Assembly: GCA_030141605.1 (NCBI GenBank)
Contig: JAQGDQ010000288.1
Location: forward strand, 132,621-196,620
From: Tubiluchus corallicola
Lineage: Eukaryota; Animalia; Priapulida
Reading direction: 5' to 3'
DNA: 64,000 bases
Below are positions 1 to 28,247 of the stretch, piece after piece. Under the pieces are notes generated by a model. The model was not told where the DNA came from. It saw nothing but the letters and a program-made list of their open reading frames with translations, and made no database searches. Both the position numbers and the translations under genes were made by a program. Numbering within the stretch: position 1 is the stretch's first letter; each line of letters starts with the position of its first letter.

Positions 1-596
1 ATACCATACTTTTTCCTATTAGGAAATGTTAACAAAGAACCAATGTTCTAGAAGCGTAAAACATGATTATACTGTTAGAAGCTTAGAGTTAATTTGTACC
101 ACTAAAGTTTCCAATCTAGGTGTCTTACTAACTTGTTTCTGGAACTTTTAAAACGAGCTTTAAAATGGATTTGAGGGTTAAACGGAATAAACAGGAATTT
201 TAAAAAATTAGAATTGGTGATGGACTACGGTTAGCATAAAGTAAACGGTTGTTGAAAAGGAGTTATTACATACGAAATCCAATTTAGCTTTTTTTATCTC
301 AAGTGAATCAGTTTTTTCTTCTATGAAAACGTCAGAGGTAATACTAGACAAAAGAGAAGAAAGAAAATGCTGAAAAGAAAAGTTTGCTAGACAAAATTCG
401 CTTCTTTATTACTTAGGTATTACTTTATTATATTCTCTAATAGGTCCAGTTCTAAGCAATCTGTTTTGTCTTCAATTGGTTTGCTAGCGTTATTTTGTGA
501 TGATTCTGATTTCGTTGAAGCGGACTTTATATTTGACTGTTGTGCAAATTTATTTTGGGTCATTTGCCCAAACTTTGTGCAATCTTAATTTTTTAG

Positions 597-16274
<15,678 letters not shown>

Positions 16275-16558
16275 ACAAAAGCTACTAAAAAATTCGTAAT
16301 TTAATGACAAAATGGTACTAATAAGCGATCAAAATGAATATGTACACGGCGATTGCCTTTGTCTTGATAATGGTGATAATTTTTACTATCATCAGTGTTG
16401 GTACTTAAATGAGTGTTCGTAAAAATTTTACTTTAGCCAAGGTTGTTATAATCAACTATATAAGTTAAGAATACAGATTAGTTAATCAGAAGAAATATTT
16501 TGGTAAAAAGGAGTCTGAACTACAACCACTTCATCATCATCAAAGTGGTAATAGTTTA

Positions 16559-17015
16559 CAGAGCCGGATTAAGACCTCAAGACGTCCTAAGCATGAAAAA
16601 TTTTACTGTACCCCGGTCTATGTGTAATTCAGAAAAAAACAATCCTAAATTGTAAAGTGAATTTTTATCTTTCGAAATGAAAAAACACTTGCAGAAAGAT
16701 TTATTAGCTGTAAATACCAACGCATCAGCCTTACTTCGTATAAACAAGTGATATTCGATTAAAAATACAGAGACGACATTATATAATCAAGCAATGTCGT
16801 TATATGGGCAGTGAGGCAGCTCAGGCTGCAGGTTTAATAACTAGAACGTCGATGCCCATACGTACCGCCACTTTGTAAATAAACGCAGAGACCACCACAC
16901 ACATTCCGGTATATTTTGCTTTTGGCTAATTATTCGATTTAAAAAACTGTGTTGCTCCTCTTACCTCGAAGCCCTAAACATGTGCTTATTTTGCTTAATG
17001 GTTAATCCAGGGCTG
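16559..17015. mobile_element. hAT-type MITE downstream of the LRR gene stop
   Basis: Imperfect TIRs CAGAGCCGGATTAA / TTAATCCAGGGCTG; 8-bp TSD ATAGTTTA (16551-16558) vs ATAATTTA (17016-17023). Confidence 0.75.
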
Positions 17016-18342
17016 ATAATTTAGACCTGTTAGATCCAGAGCAGTTTTTTAATTAATTTATCTGTATTTTTAACTTTTATGGTATATTTTAAGTACCAGT
17101 TAGCTAAACACGTATTCTTACAAAATTATTATAGGTAATTGCTTATGCAAGGGCATTATAGATCTAACATTGGATATTCGCAGCTTTTGTCATGCATAAG
17201 TGTGTTGCCATTGCTATTGCTAAAGTTATATCATAAATATATGATAAAATGATAAATAAAAGATGATAAATCATAAAACTTGTTTTTTGATATGTGTTTA
17301 GAACATACATGTGGTATTAACTGAATTATCGTTTTTTGATTATCGTATCCTGAACTATCGTATCCACAAAGATCCACTCCATACATTTTGCCCTTTAAAG
17401 TCCTTCAGAACACTATTTGTGGCGTTAAGAGAGGTGCCAAATCTTTGGAGCCATTGTGCGGCAGCAATCAGCAGTGGTTGATGAACCACTGGGACCTGTG
17501 GTTGGCTATTTTTCGAAATTCTAGCTGTGCAATAGTCGCGAACAGATCAAACAGCAACCAAGCAAGCATGACGTTTACGTAGGCTGAATGAACTTGCAGA
17601 GAATAAAGTTAAGGGAATCGAAACGTTACTAGCAGAGTAGCTAAAACATTATATTCAGATCTAGAGACTTGTTGTTGTAACTTACTAAACAGTGATTATG
17701 AATGCATGAATGGTATAAATGAGCAAAAACAACAACACGTTTATATATTTTATTAATAAACGTGGTGCACACGGAGTTTGTGTTTACAAGTAGCCTAAGC
17801 AATTACGAAAGCAAGTTGTTCTGACGTCAAACTTCAAGCAAAACCAGTCTGCTAACGTAAGTGCAAGCCGCTCAGCCAAAACTATAATTTTCGCTTGACA
17901 GTATTTCGCCCAGAGGCCAACAACAATGTATTAGTCTAAAAATACGCGAATGTGCACAGACTTGGATGCCTCGACCCTGGGGCAGCTTTGACAAGTTTAT
18001 CGCCTAGTTGCGACCTTATTCTTCTACACCAGAGGCAAGCGGAGGGGTTCCATCGCATAGAATCGGGGCGCGTTCCAGCAACCCCGTTCAAAGCTTTAAT
18101 TGTTGCAAAACGTTGTAATTAATCACCTTGTAGTAACTATGACGTAATAGAAAAACTACTTACGTATGACGACTGTTTCTGTCCAACAAGTACGTATGGA
18201 TACTAGTTGCTCTCAGTGACTTCCACCTAAAATGCAGGCACCACCTTGACACACCAAAGATTTGTCATCCCTTATTCATTTAGACGAGGAGGACTACCTG
18301 GGAAAGTGAGTGGTTAGTTGGAAAAGCAGTCCTGCAACTAAC

Positions 18343-21300
18343 ATGACTGTGTTGTACCAGTTGTTGTTATTTGAGATAACACTTACCGTTTTGGAAGGTA
18401 AGCTATTTTAGCAAATTTAAACAGGGCCTCTGGGATTAAGTGCTTTTTCAATTCTTAACACTTTTTTATTTATTTTATTAGTGTAAGCCTAAATAACATG
18501 TGTGTAAAATGTGTCTGTATATAAATATATATTCTATGGCAGCAGACCAATTAATCTAATCAAACAAACACAAGCAATTCGCAGTAGTTTTATTATAAGC
18601 TGCATAAGTGTTTTTTAAAAGTGAACATTGTGATAATCAGTGTTATAATTGAAATTTTTAAATATTTTTCTTCTTTTTGCTCGATAGGTGCTGCAATATG
18701 GGACTATGAGAGTGAGTACAAATGTTCGTTATAATAGTCTTACTTCGTTGTAGGCTGTTCTATTTTTTTCTATGGCAAATTCATGAGTTTGTGCGTTTGG
18801 TGCTGGGTGCGTGACGACGTACGAGCACGTGTTTTTGCGTGCGTGTGATGCGACAAGCAATGTGGCAGCATGTCAGTCAGTCATTTTTTGATGAGTAACG
18901 GTTAATTGGCAATAGCGTCATATTGATATTGCAGTTCACATTGTACTGATCAGTCAATCAGGAAATCAATAAAAAAATTATTAAATCATATTTCAAATCG
19001 ATAAACACACTGCATGTACACATTCTTGGTTATTGGCTCGTTAGTGGAACAGAGTCAATAGATTGATTATTAACTGATCATTTTGTTAGGCCTAGCTAGA
19101 AGATAATTGCTTAGACTGCGTTTATCAGCAGCCTTTGTAATTTTTCAGTAGTGATATTTAGAAATATAATTGTTTATTGCTAGTGTAATTGCTGATAAAG
19201 AAATAATCTTAGTTGTAGTTGTGTAAGGTAAAAATCGCACAGGTAAAAATAGCACAAGAAAACTGTCACAGGTTCCACCAGCTATACTCCTTGTTGACTG
19301 CCAGCTGTAATCATTGTTATTCAGTTTGCTATTTACTTTGTAGATGTTGGAAAATGGGGAGAAGGTTTTGCAGATTGCAGTTTTTCACGGCAATCACCTA
19401 TAGATGTCATTCTAAAAGACACACAAAAATCCGATCTTAAACCTCTGAAGTTTGTTGGTTACACCAGGGCTGAAGGAAAACAATTTAGCCTCGTTAATAC
19501 TGGTCGATCAGGTAAGTTATGTGAAAATTTGTGTGAATGAATGAACGAAGGCGTGAATGAGTGACTGGTCAACTAACTGACTCATTAAATTGTTGTTGGT
19601 GACTGACCGACTAACTAACTGACACATGACACAGAAATCTTCTAACAGATGAGATAAATTTTCTAACAAGGTAGACTTTGTGAATAATTCATTTATTTCT
19701 TTGTAAATGCTATTTAAAGTTCTTATTAATGTAGTTGACGCGGTTTTCGTCGACCTGAAGATGATATTATACCTGCAAAAATTAACAAAAAATGAATAAA
19801 CAAAAAAAAACGATACGTAGTTACAAAAATGATTAAATTTGCAATAGCTAACATATTTCTGTACACAGTGCAACTGAACTTGAGGGATGATGGGAAACAA
19901 GAGCATTATTTGTTGTCAGCTGGAGGACTTCATGCTAAATACAAGGCAGCACAATTGCATTTTCATTGGGGTTCGGCCGACCAACAGGGTTCTGAACACT
20001 TAAAGGATGGCAGAGCTTTTCCAATTGAGGTAACTTTAGTTTTCTCTTGTGACCAAAAGATACAGTAGGAAGGCAGACTGACAAACAAGCACCAGGCAGG
20101 CAGACAAACAGACAGACAGACAAGCAGACAGATAACAGACAGACTGACTGAGTGACTGGCCAACTGATTCACTAACTGACCAACCGACCGCCTGGCTGGC
20201 TGATTGACTGACTAATTACTGACTAACTTATCTTTACTTAATGACAGGCAGACAGTCAGATGGGCAGATAGGCAAAAAAGGAAACATCCATGCATAGAAC
20301 CATTTTAGATTTTACACAAATAAGGTACTTTTTACGTCTTCTAGTTGCACATTGTCCACTACAACACGGAATACGGAAGTTTTTCACAGGCTGTTGACAA
20401 ACCCAATGGACTGGCTGTGTTAGCAGTTTGGTACACGATCGGCAACGAAAACTCAGGCATACAAAAACTAGTCAAACATTTTGACAAAGTAAAATATGCA
20501 GGTAACATTTTCTTCAAAAGCTGTACTTGTAACATGGACTTCCTCATATGGTAGGAGTTAATGAGCACTCTATTAAGGGATCTTTGTAATTTCTTCAACA
20601 CAACAATTTCTTTATGACAGGTTCATTCTTTTTTACTTATTTCCGATTAAATATACAGGATCAGCAATGGTTTGAAAAACTGCTACCCGCATTCAAAATA
20701 ATTTATATTTTCCGTGCAAATACATAATTTTACATCAGCAAAAAATGAAAAGTGCGAGAGAAACGATTCATCAATTTTTTTATTCATTTCACGTGTTTGA
20801 TGCACCTATTGTTGTCTTTCCTCGACAGAACAAGAAATCAGTATTGAACCGTTCAACATTTTGGAACTACTTCCATTGAACCGAATTCGGTTCTACCGTT
20901 ACAATGGTTCACTGACCACGCCCCCTTGCTTTCAATCTGTTATTTGGACGTTATTCAATGATGAAGCCACAATTTCACGAGAACAGGTAAACTTTTCAAT
21001 TTTGTAAATTTTCTGTATAAAGCTAACGTCGCAATGTATTTGTAATAGTTGTGTCTTATAAGTTAAGTGTTACAACTTATTTGTGTATTTGGAAAAGATT
21101 GTTAATTTTCAGAATTCAAATATTGCACCGCGATCGTACTGACGTACCCAGGTTTTACTGTGATTATCCTACATTTACTGCTACCCTATAAACTTCTTAA
21201 ATGTTAAAAAGCAGAATTTTTTTTATATTTTTGAGCCAAACGGTGATTAAATTTTAACGGCATTCTACGTGTGACCAGTTATTGCTTTAATGCAGTATTT

Positions 21301-21797
21301 TCCTGTTACAATACATGGAAAACTCCGATAATTCATAATTCATACATACAGTTTTCCTAATCAATGAAAAATCAAAGGGCACTCAAATTTACAGCTAATT
21401 TGCCTATCATTTTCCATTAATTACACTGAGTACCAGTTTATTAAGGCATTATTTATTTACTCGGAGTTATCTTTATAAAAATTACTTGAAGCTCTCGGAT
21501 GATAGAGAATTTCACACCGTGTATCACTGACTTTTTTTTTAAATAATTCTGTGCTTACAGATGGACCAATTTAGATCGTTGTTTTTCACAAAGAAAGAAG
21601 ACACAAAGCAATTACGCATGGTTGACAACTATCGCCCTCTACAGGAGATGAATCACAGGAAAATACTCTCAAGTTTTGCAGCTCATGGTGCTCCAGAAAA
21701 GACGCTTTCTATGTTTGCTGTTGCTGCCGTCATCATATTCGTCATGTATCGTTTCTATTCAATGAGTGCGCCCAAGAAAAAGACTAAGGAGACCTAA
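18343..21797 (+). CDS. Alpha-carbonic anhydrase, signal peptide plus C-terminal membrane anchor, 319 aa. Exons 18343-18397, 18688-18711, 19344-19511, 19869-20029, 20345-20501, 20829-20986, 21561-21797
   Basis: WDY, QSPID, QLHFHWG (Zn ligands H94/H96), GSEH, ELHIVH (H119), RYNGSLTTPPC, VIWT, DNYRP motifs; Cys pair (FADC, TPPC) typical of secreted and membrane CAs; exons sum to 960 nt in frame with canonical GT-AG. Confidence 0.93.
20070..20235. repeat. Degenerate tetranucleotide repeat (AGAC/ACTG) in a CA intron
   Basis: cagacagacagaca..., actgactgagtgactgg..., gactgactaa visible. Confidence 0.8.
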
Positions 21798-23041
21798 TCG
21801 TTGTCGTCGTTATTGAGATTTCGGGTTTAAGAAGAAACCTCGCAAATATAATTTTGTTGCTTGTTTCAGAAATTTAAAAATCGATGTCATTTAGCCCTGT
21901 TCAGTGCGTTACGCCGAAGTCACTTTTTGCAACTTAGTTTATGTAAGGCTATTTTTCTATATAATTACTGCGTAAATAGTTTATATTTACAAAGGTGTGA
22001 GAATACATGTACCTATATTACTCTCTTTTAATGCACAAGCTCCTACTATTTTTGTTACTGTTGTTTTTTGAATGTCGATTAAGACAGAATACGAGCTGCT
22101 GGTTATCGCACGTGCAATCTTTGCGCCTTTGGTGGTTAGACCTATTATGACAGGTAGACTTTCTTAGAAAACAGTAGTTTCTGAATGCATTAGAACTAAA
22201 AACAAGAAGAAAACTTGCTTTTTAATAAGAAGCTCGAAAATATTCTTTCCATAAGAACCATCACTCCCGCGAATTAAAATCGAGCCTTCAGATGAAACTG
22301 AGGGAGAAGGCTTGTTGTCTGCAAACGTAAACGTTAACTTTATAGCTACTTTGGTAAAGGCGGTAAGGACACCGGGACATAGTTATAAAAATTTCGTTTA
22401 GGACATAGTCCAGGGATAACACATTAGGTAACTCAATACTTCCATTGATTATCTCGATTATTAATGCCCGCATGTTACTTCGATAAACGAGTGGGACTAT
22501 TCACTCGGTTCACGTAAAGAAATTAAACAAGTAAAAATACTAAAATCAGCTTTAACGCAGTTACCAGCCAATGATTAATAAAATCTCTGCAACTATAATA
22601 TTGCCCTTCTAAATGGCCAATCATGGCAGGTTTTTCTAACTCGATTTAAACTGCAGAACCACACGATTCCGTACTGCAGAAAGACGTCTCTCGCCCTTCT
22701 CAAGATTTAATAGACAACTATTTGGATGAACCAGCTTAGTAATAGGACCAAAACTTGACTAAAACTGGTTTCATGGTGCTGAATGTGATATGTTTCCATA
22801 TGCGTACTGGCATAAAATCCATGACGAAATAAATGTTGTTTATTTTTTCCATACACATGTTATTATTTTTTTGCATACAGAAATTACACACTGAAAACGT
22901 TGTGGTAGAAGATATAAAATTTTGACAACCGTAGCCTTCAAAACTGATACACATCTTTTCAATGTATCAGACTGGCTGCATATTAACTGAGAATTTTTTA
23001 TTAAATTTTGTTCAACTCGGTTTTCTAAACATGAAAACTCT

Positions 23042-23570
23042 CAGTCCACACTGTCCGTCAGAAGAATGACAGTCAAAACATTGAACTCTGTCCACATGAT
23101 CAGTTTTCACTGACAGTCACTTTGCACGTAACTGTAACTGTTTAAAAATAGTATGTTCGATTACTGGATAACTTTTCGCTAATAATGCAGTAAGAGTATG
23201 TTGTCAAAACACCATTGCTTGCGCTTTTGGAAATTAACCGGGCAGTTCGACAGCAAAAAGGCTTATCTGTATATTCCTTTGCTCAAGTTTGTATGGAATT
23301 TGAGTTTAAACTTAATATGGTTATTCGCCGAAATTTCTGCACTTACATACAAAATATTATGCAGTCGCTTTTGTTAATAATTCATTCCTCATAGTGACAG
23401 TGCACTGTTTGGCACCCGCTGTAAACGCGAGTTTGCAGCGCCCATTACGGTATTATTTCCAGTTCATTCCGAGAATCACGACCGACACTACGAAAATCTT
23501 GATATCATAAACTTGAATGACATTCAATTTTCACTGTCATTCTCGGCGTCCAGACAGTCTTTTAACACTG
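23042..23570. mobile_element. Probable MITE with long imperfect inverted arms
   Basis: ctgtccgtcagaagaatgacagtcaaaacattgaa (23051-23085) matches the reverse complement of ttcaattttcactgtcattctcggcgtccagacag (23523-23557); TGACAG motifs recur inside. Confidence 0.5.
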
Positions 23571-24737
23571 ACAAGCTCGAATGTGACAGTATGTTGAATG
23601 ACCTATAATGTTTGACTTTGACGTACAATAACTTGTAGGTTATCATTAGAAAATCCCAATATTCTGGCATCAGTATACTAAGTGACAATAAGCAATACCC
23701 AAAATGAGCAATCTAACCTGAAATTACCAACTACCACCCGTTTTCTTAGATACTTCCGATAAGTTCGTTTCCTTAACTTATGCTGTCGATAGGAGAAGCC
23801 CAGACAAGCAGAATTACCCGACAAGTTTGCACCCACTTCGATGTTACAACGGTGGTCTGCAGTTTGTTGTAGTTCTGTCGTCACAAGTGCCTATTTAAAC
23901 TCTGCAAGGCAGAGGAGCAAGCCGGATCACAAATTTTACTCTAAAAGGTTTCTTTTACATATTTTTCTTACGGTATTAGCAGCTTGGTATTAATGAAATA
24001 TCTTAGCCATTAAAACTACAGGCACAGTACTGATGTTGATGTAACTTGAATTAATATTCACTGGTGAACTATAAAATAAATTTTTCTAGGGGAAATTTGC
24101 CTAAGATGTCAAGACAATTTTATAAGCGGACATTTGCTGGCAATTGGTACCAGCCAAAAAAGCCATTGTTCGTTTTGCCCTAATATCACTGTTCTTTTTG
24201 CTCGAGAAATAATTCTTTTTAAAATCCATTCCCTGTGACAGTGTAAATGTTTTTGTAACTTATGTTTTTGATTTTTAATTGTTTTAGATGTTTAATTGTA
24301 ATAGCATTACGTAACGCTAGCAAAACCCGAGGAGCTTTGCTCCCGTCGACCTGCTACGCTTGAAAACTCATTTCGGTCACGGGCAACTTTTTTCTATTTC
24401 ATCTTCTCGCTCGCTCATCAGTTAATACAATAAGAATATAGAAAGTAGTTACGCTTCGGCAGCATCTAGGGCTATGCCTATAATACTTTTACTGCATAAC
24501 TAACACCGGAGGGGTTAAGAGATTGTTAAGTGGCTGATAAGATTATTATTTTTATGGCTGTCCAAATGTTGCCTCATCTATAAGTTGCTCTAAAAGCGTC
24601 GCAGTGCGTCTCTTATCGATGCAAGGTGCAAAACTAATACATATAAAAAGTGGCTAAAAGTGTAGACTACATTATTGTAAATGTAAATTCCTAATAGACC
24701 TGGTTTCGCGTGCATTAATCGCACTGAAAGTAGCAAT

Positions 24738-25985
24738 ATGGAACCTAGAAGACATTTTCATCATACGTATTTAGCATCATACTTAACAGCAATGACCGCT
24801 GATTGGTTGCAAGGACCGCACATCTACGTTTTGTATCAGACTTACGGAATGACTACTCGGCAAATCAACTTTTTGTTTGTTACTGCTTACGTCAGTGGTA
24901 TGATAGTTGGTCCATTTGCTGGTTCACTTGCTGACAAATATGGCAGGAAAAACAACTGTCTTCTGTTTGGAGTGCTATACATTTTATCGTGTCTCACTAA
25001 ACACTTTCCTTACTTTTGGGTTCTTAACGCGGGCCGACTGTTTTCTGGAATTGGTTCGCCTATTCTTCACTCAGCATTTGAATCATGGGCAGTCTCTGAG
25101 CATTGTGGCAGGGGGTATGATCGCGAGTCTTTGGCGACGTTATTCAGCCGTGCAACTTTAGGAAGTTCCCTAGTGGCAATTGCGTCTGGCGTGGTTGCAC
25201 AAATCGCTGCTGACTTGTTTGGCTTCGTCGCCCCATTTGACTTGTCTGCCGTTGTTCTTCTCTTCATGATGTTTATCATTGGCTTCACGTGGAAGGAGAA
25301 TTATGGCGACGCCAAGGCACTATTAGTTTGTAACTTTAAGAGTGCTGTAAAAACTATTAAAATAGACCAGATGGTGTTATGCTTAGGTATTATACAATGT
25401 TTATTCGAAGGTGCGATGTATATTTTTGTTTTGGAATGGACTCCAGCCCTGACATCGCAGCTGGAAGAGGGCTTCGCACAGATGAGTGGTAGCTACGGAA
25501 ACGCGATTTCACACGGGTATATTTTCGCTGCATACATGGTCGCCATTATGCTTGGATCGTATTTGTTCACGTATTTAATTAAAAATCACTATCAGCCAGA
25601 ATCATTTATGAGAATCATTCTCTTACTAGCTGCACTATTCCTTTTAATTCCTGTCAACAATATTACTGAGCAGCCATTGGTTTTGTTGTCATTTGTTGGT
25701 TTCGAGCTGTGCGTTGGCGTATTCTTGCCAGCCATGAGTACAATGAGAGGAAGATATATACCTGAGGCCACGCGGTCAACCATTATGACTCTATTCCGCG
25801 CAGGTATTAATGTGATTATGATAACTGTTCTTTTACAGAATCTATCGCTGATCAGCTCATTTAACTGTTGCGTGGTATTTCTTCTGCTGGGTGTACTAGT
25901 TCAGCATTGGATGTACAGACGGTCTACACAAAGTCATGCATTACCATCATCAATCACTAACACACCAAATATGCATGACGTCTGA
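24738..25985 (+). CDS. MFSD5: MFS transporter of the MFSD5/MOT2 (molybdate-anion transporter) family, uninterrupted 415-aa ORF
   Basis: Family motifs ADWLQGP-IY-LY, GSLADKYGRK, SAFESW-VSEH, APFD, W-ENYG, LFEGAMYIFVLEWTPAL, FELCVG-FLP, IPE--RSTIM-LFR; many hydrophobic segments. Confidence 0.9.
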   Translation: MEPRRHFHHTYLASYLTAMTADWLQGPHIYVLYQTYGMTTRQINFLFVTAYVSGMIVGPFAGSLADKYGRKNNCLLFGVLYILSCLTKHFPYFWVLNAGRLFSGIGSPILHSAFESWAVSEHCGRGYDRESLATLFSRATLGSSLVAIASGVVAQIAADLFGFVAPFDLSAVVLLFMMFIIGFTWKENYGDAKALLVCNFKSAVKTIKIDQMVLCLGIIQCLFEGAMYIFVLEWTPALTSQLEEGFAQMSGSYGNAISHGYIFAAYMVAIMLGSYLFTYLIKNHYQPESFMRIILLLAALFLLIPVNNITEQPLVLLSFVGFELCVGVFLPAMSTMRGRYIPEATRSTIMTLFRAGINVIMITVLLQNLSLISSFNCCVVFLLLGVLVQHWMYRRSTQSHALPSSITNTPNMHDV

Positions 25986-26417
25986 TGCTAGTACTCAAAC
26001 CATATGAGAGACTTCGAACCTGACAACCCTACCGGTATATACAGGTGGCAAAAACACGGATCATCACGGTCCATCCAGTCTATGTCATGGAAAATTATTG
26101 TCAATAGGAAATTTCATTTATGATTGTAAGCATAGATTTTGAGCTAAATAATTTACCGCTATCTCAAATTGACATTATTGCAGTCCTGTCATCTTGGAAA
26201 TAATAATAAAATTTGTCATACACAACTGTAACGATGGGGCTAAACCAATGTTAGCATCTGTACTTAAATTATTACGGGCAGAAATTATGCGAAGTAAGAC
26301 AAAATTACAGTATAATTATGCATTACCTATTACCTATTCAAAGATAATATTATAGATTAAAATGTACTGACTTTTCACAAATCAGAGCAGTCATGACGTG
26401 AATGGAAAAAATGTTAC

Positions 26418-27285
26418 TCATAACTCGTTCGAGAAGTTCGACCCATTTCTATCCGATGCATTTGCAGCTATTTCTTCTATTTCAGCCATTGATTTAATTT
26501 TAATTGGGGCACAACTGACACTAGTCTTCAAGAATATTCGGCCTTGGTTAGTCCATGCAGCGCTATACTCTTTCTCCTTGCGTAAGGTTAAACATCGATT
26601 AAATAATGCTTTACGAGCTTTTGTAAGGCATTCGTTAATGAAGATGGGTGATTTCGATTCAAAACCAAGTACATCAGTAGTGGGACAGCTCTTCTTGTTT
26701 TTAAACAATGTGTCACTGACAGATTTCCTGTAGAATTTGACTATAATAGGCGGACTTTAGCAGTGATTTAGCAGGGATACAATGACTAATGGAAATGTCC
26801 GTGCAACATATTTCAATTCCCATTTTGTTGGCTATTTCTTGAATAATACTATCAGTATTTTCACCTGCCACTCGTGGGACGCCATAAAACAGCAAATTGT
26901 CCCTACGAATATATTGCTCCAAATTATCAATTTTAATATTCGATATGTCAAGCTCATTTCGAAGGCTTTTAACAGAGGCATATAAACATTTATTCTCGTT
27001 TTCGGCTAGTTCTAATTTCGTACAGGTTTCCGAATATTTGGAATGTAGCTTGCGACACTTGTCTGACAGTATTTCATTATTAGTTTTTTACTAGCGTAAG
27101 TTCTTTAGAAATGTGTCTAAGTTCAGACAACATTTCTTCCTTAAAGTTCGATATAATGTTCAAAAATCTGTCTTCAAAGTGAACAAGAGACATTACCTAT
27201 TTTGACAAACTGTCGAACTTTCCGTCTGCTCGTCATTTTCGGATAATGACATGTCGCTTACGCTAGCTCTTGATTTTTGACCCAT
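26418..27285 (-). pseudogene. Decayed non-LTR retrotransposon ORF1 (L2/CR1-type: coiled coil, RRM-like region, C-terminal domain) with frameshifts and stops
   Basis: LEQYIRRDNLLFYGVP...IANKMGIEICCTDISISH and IFINECLTKARKALF...AWTNQGRIFLK are characteristic ORF1p blocks, split across frames; ATG at 27285 is followed by E/K/L-rich sequence with in-frame stops. Confidence 0.8.
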
Positions 27286-28247
27286 AGTAAAACTACACTG
27301 AGTATTTTACAAATTTCTACTTCTACTTCTCGTTAGAACGACATCATTTGTGATATATTAAACACGATATAAATAGTTAATTAATGAAATAGAATTACAA
27401 CGTGTAGCCTGGCTTCGTCATATGTCACTGGCAGCGCATGTTACATACACATCGTATTACGTACAGTAGTGCAATGTAGCAGCGTGGTGCAAAAACACGT
27501 CTGCACAGACCAACTACCTAGTGACCATTGATGCAATTCGCACGGTAAAAAGACATTACACGTGCCCGTTTATAACTGCAGTAATTATACCTGTCTTTGG
27601 TCGTATTAAAATTGCAAAAATTTCCTGAACATCATAGAAATTGGGTTACGGGTTTACACGACATTCCAGGTCATTTGGAGACTTCGATTACCTGTACTCC
27701 GCCAGCAACAATGTGCGCATGGGTTAATGACCCAGGTCTATTTTGTTAATCATCTATTTTGGCTTGTTACTCTCTTTTGGCAATTTGGATTTGATCTGTA
27801 GGCATATTCAGGCAAAACACGAAATCAAGTCGTAAACAATTAGATCTGAATAACATAGCAGACAGCTGCAGCCGCTGCCCTGCAAAAAACCTACAAAGGC
27901 GTGATCTATTTTAGCGTTACTCCAAGAGATGGCAGCACCAGTTTGTTTACATCCGGGTACTAGTCGTCTAAATAAAATGTTACGTGTCTTAATTTAGTTT
28001 GTTCATAGTTTGTTTGTATAAATTGAATAAATTCCTCCATTTTATATCTTGTCGGCCTTGTTTCATTTGCGTTTGTAAAAGAATAAACGTAGTTTTAGTT
28101 CTCATGTGCTGCCTCTAAAAGGTAATATATTGTAGTTTAAGTTACAATTTGTGATGTTTGTTCTAAATGTTACTAGGGCAGTTGCAGTTTTGTGGAAGCC
28201 TACTTATTCGATTAACTTCATAGGCTCGTAATTCGCGAGTTAGGTAG

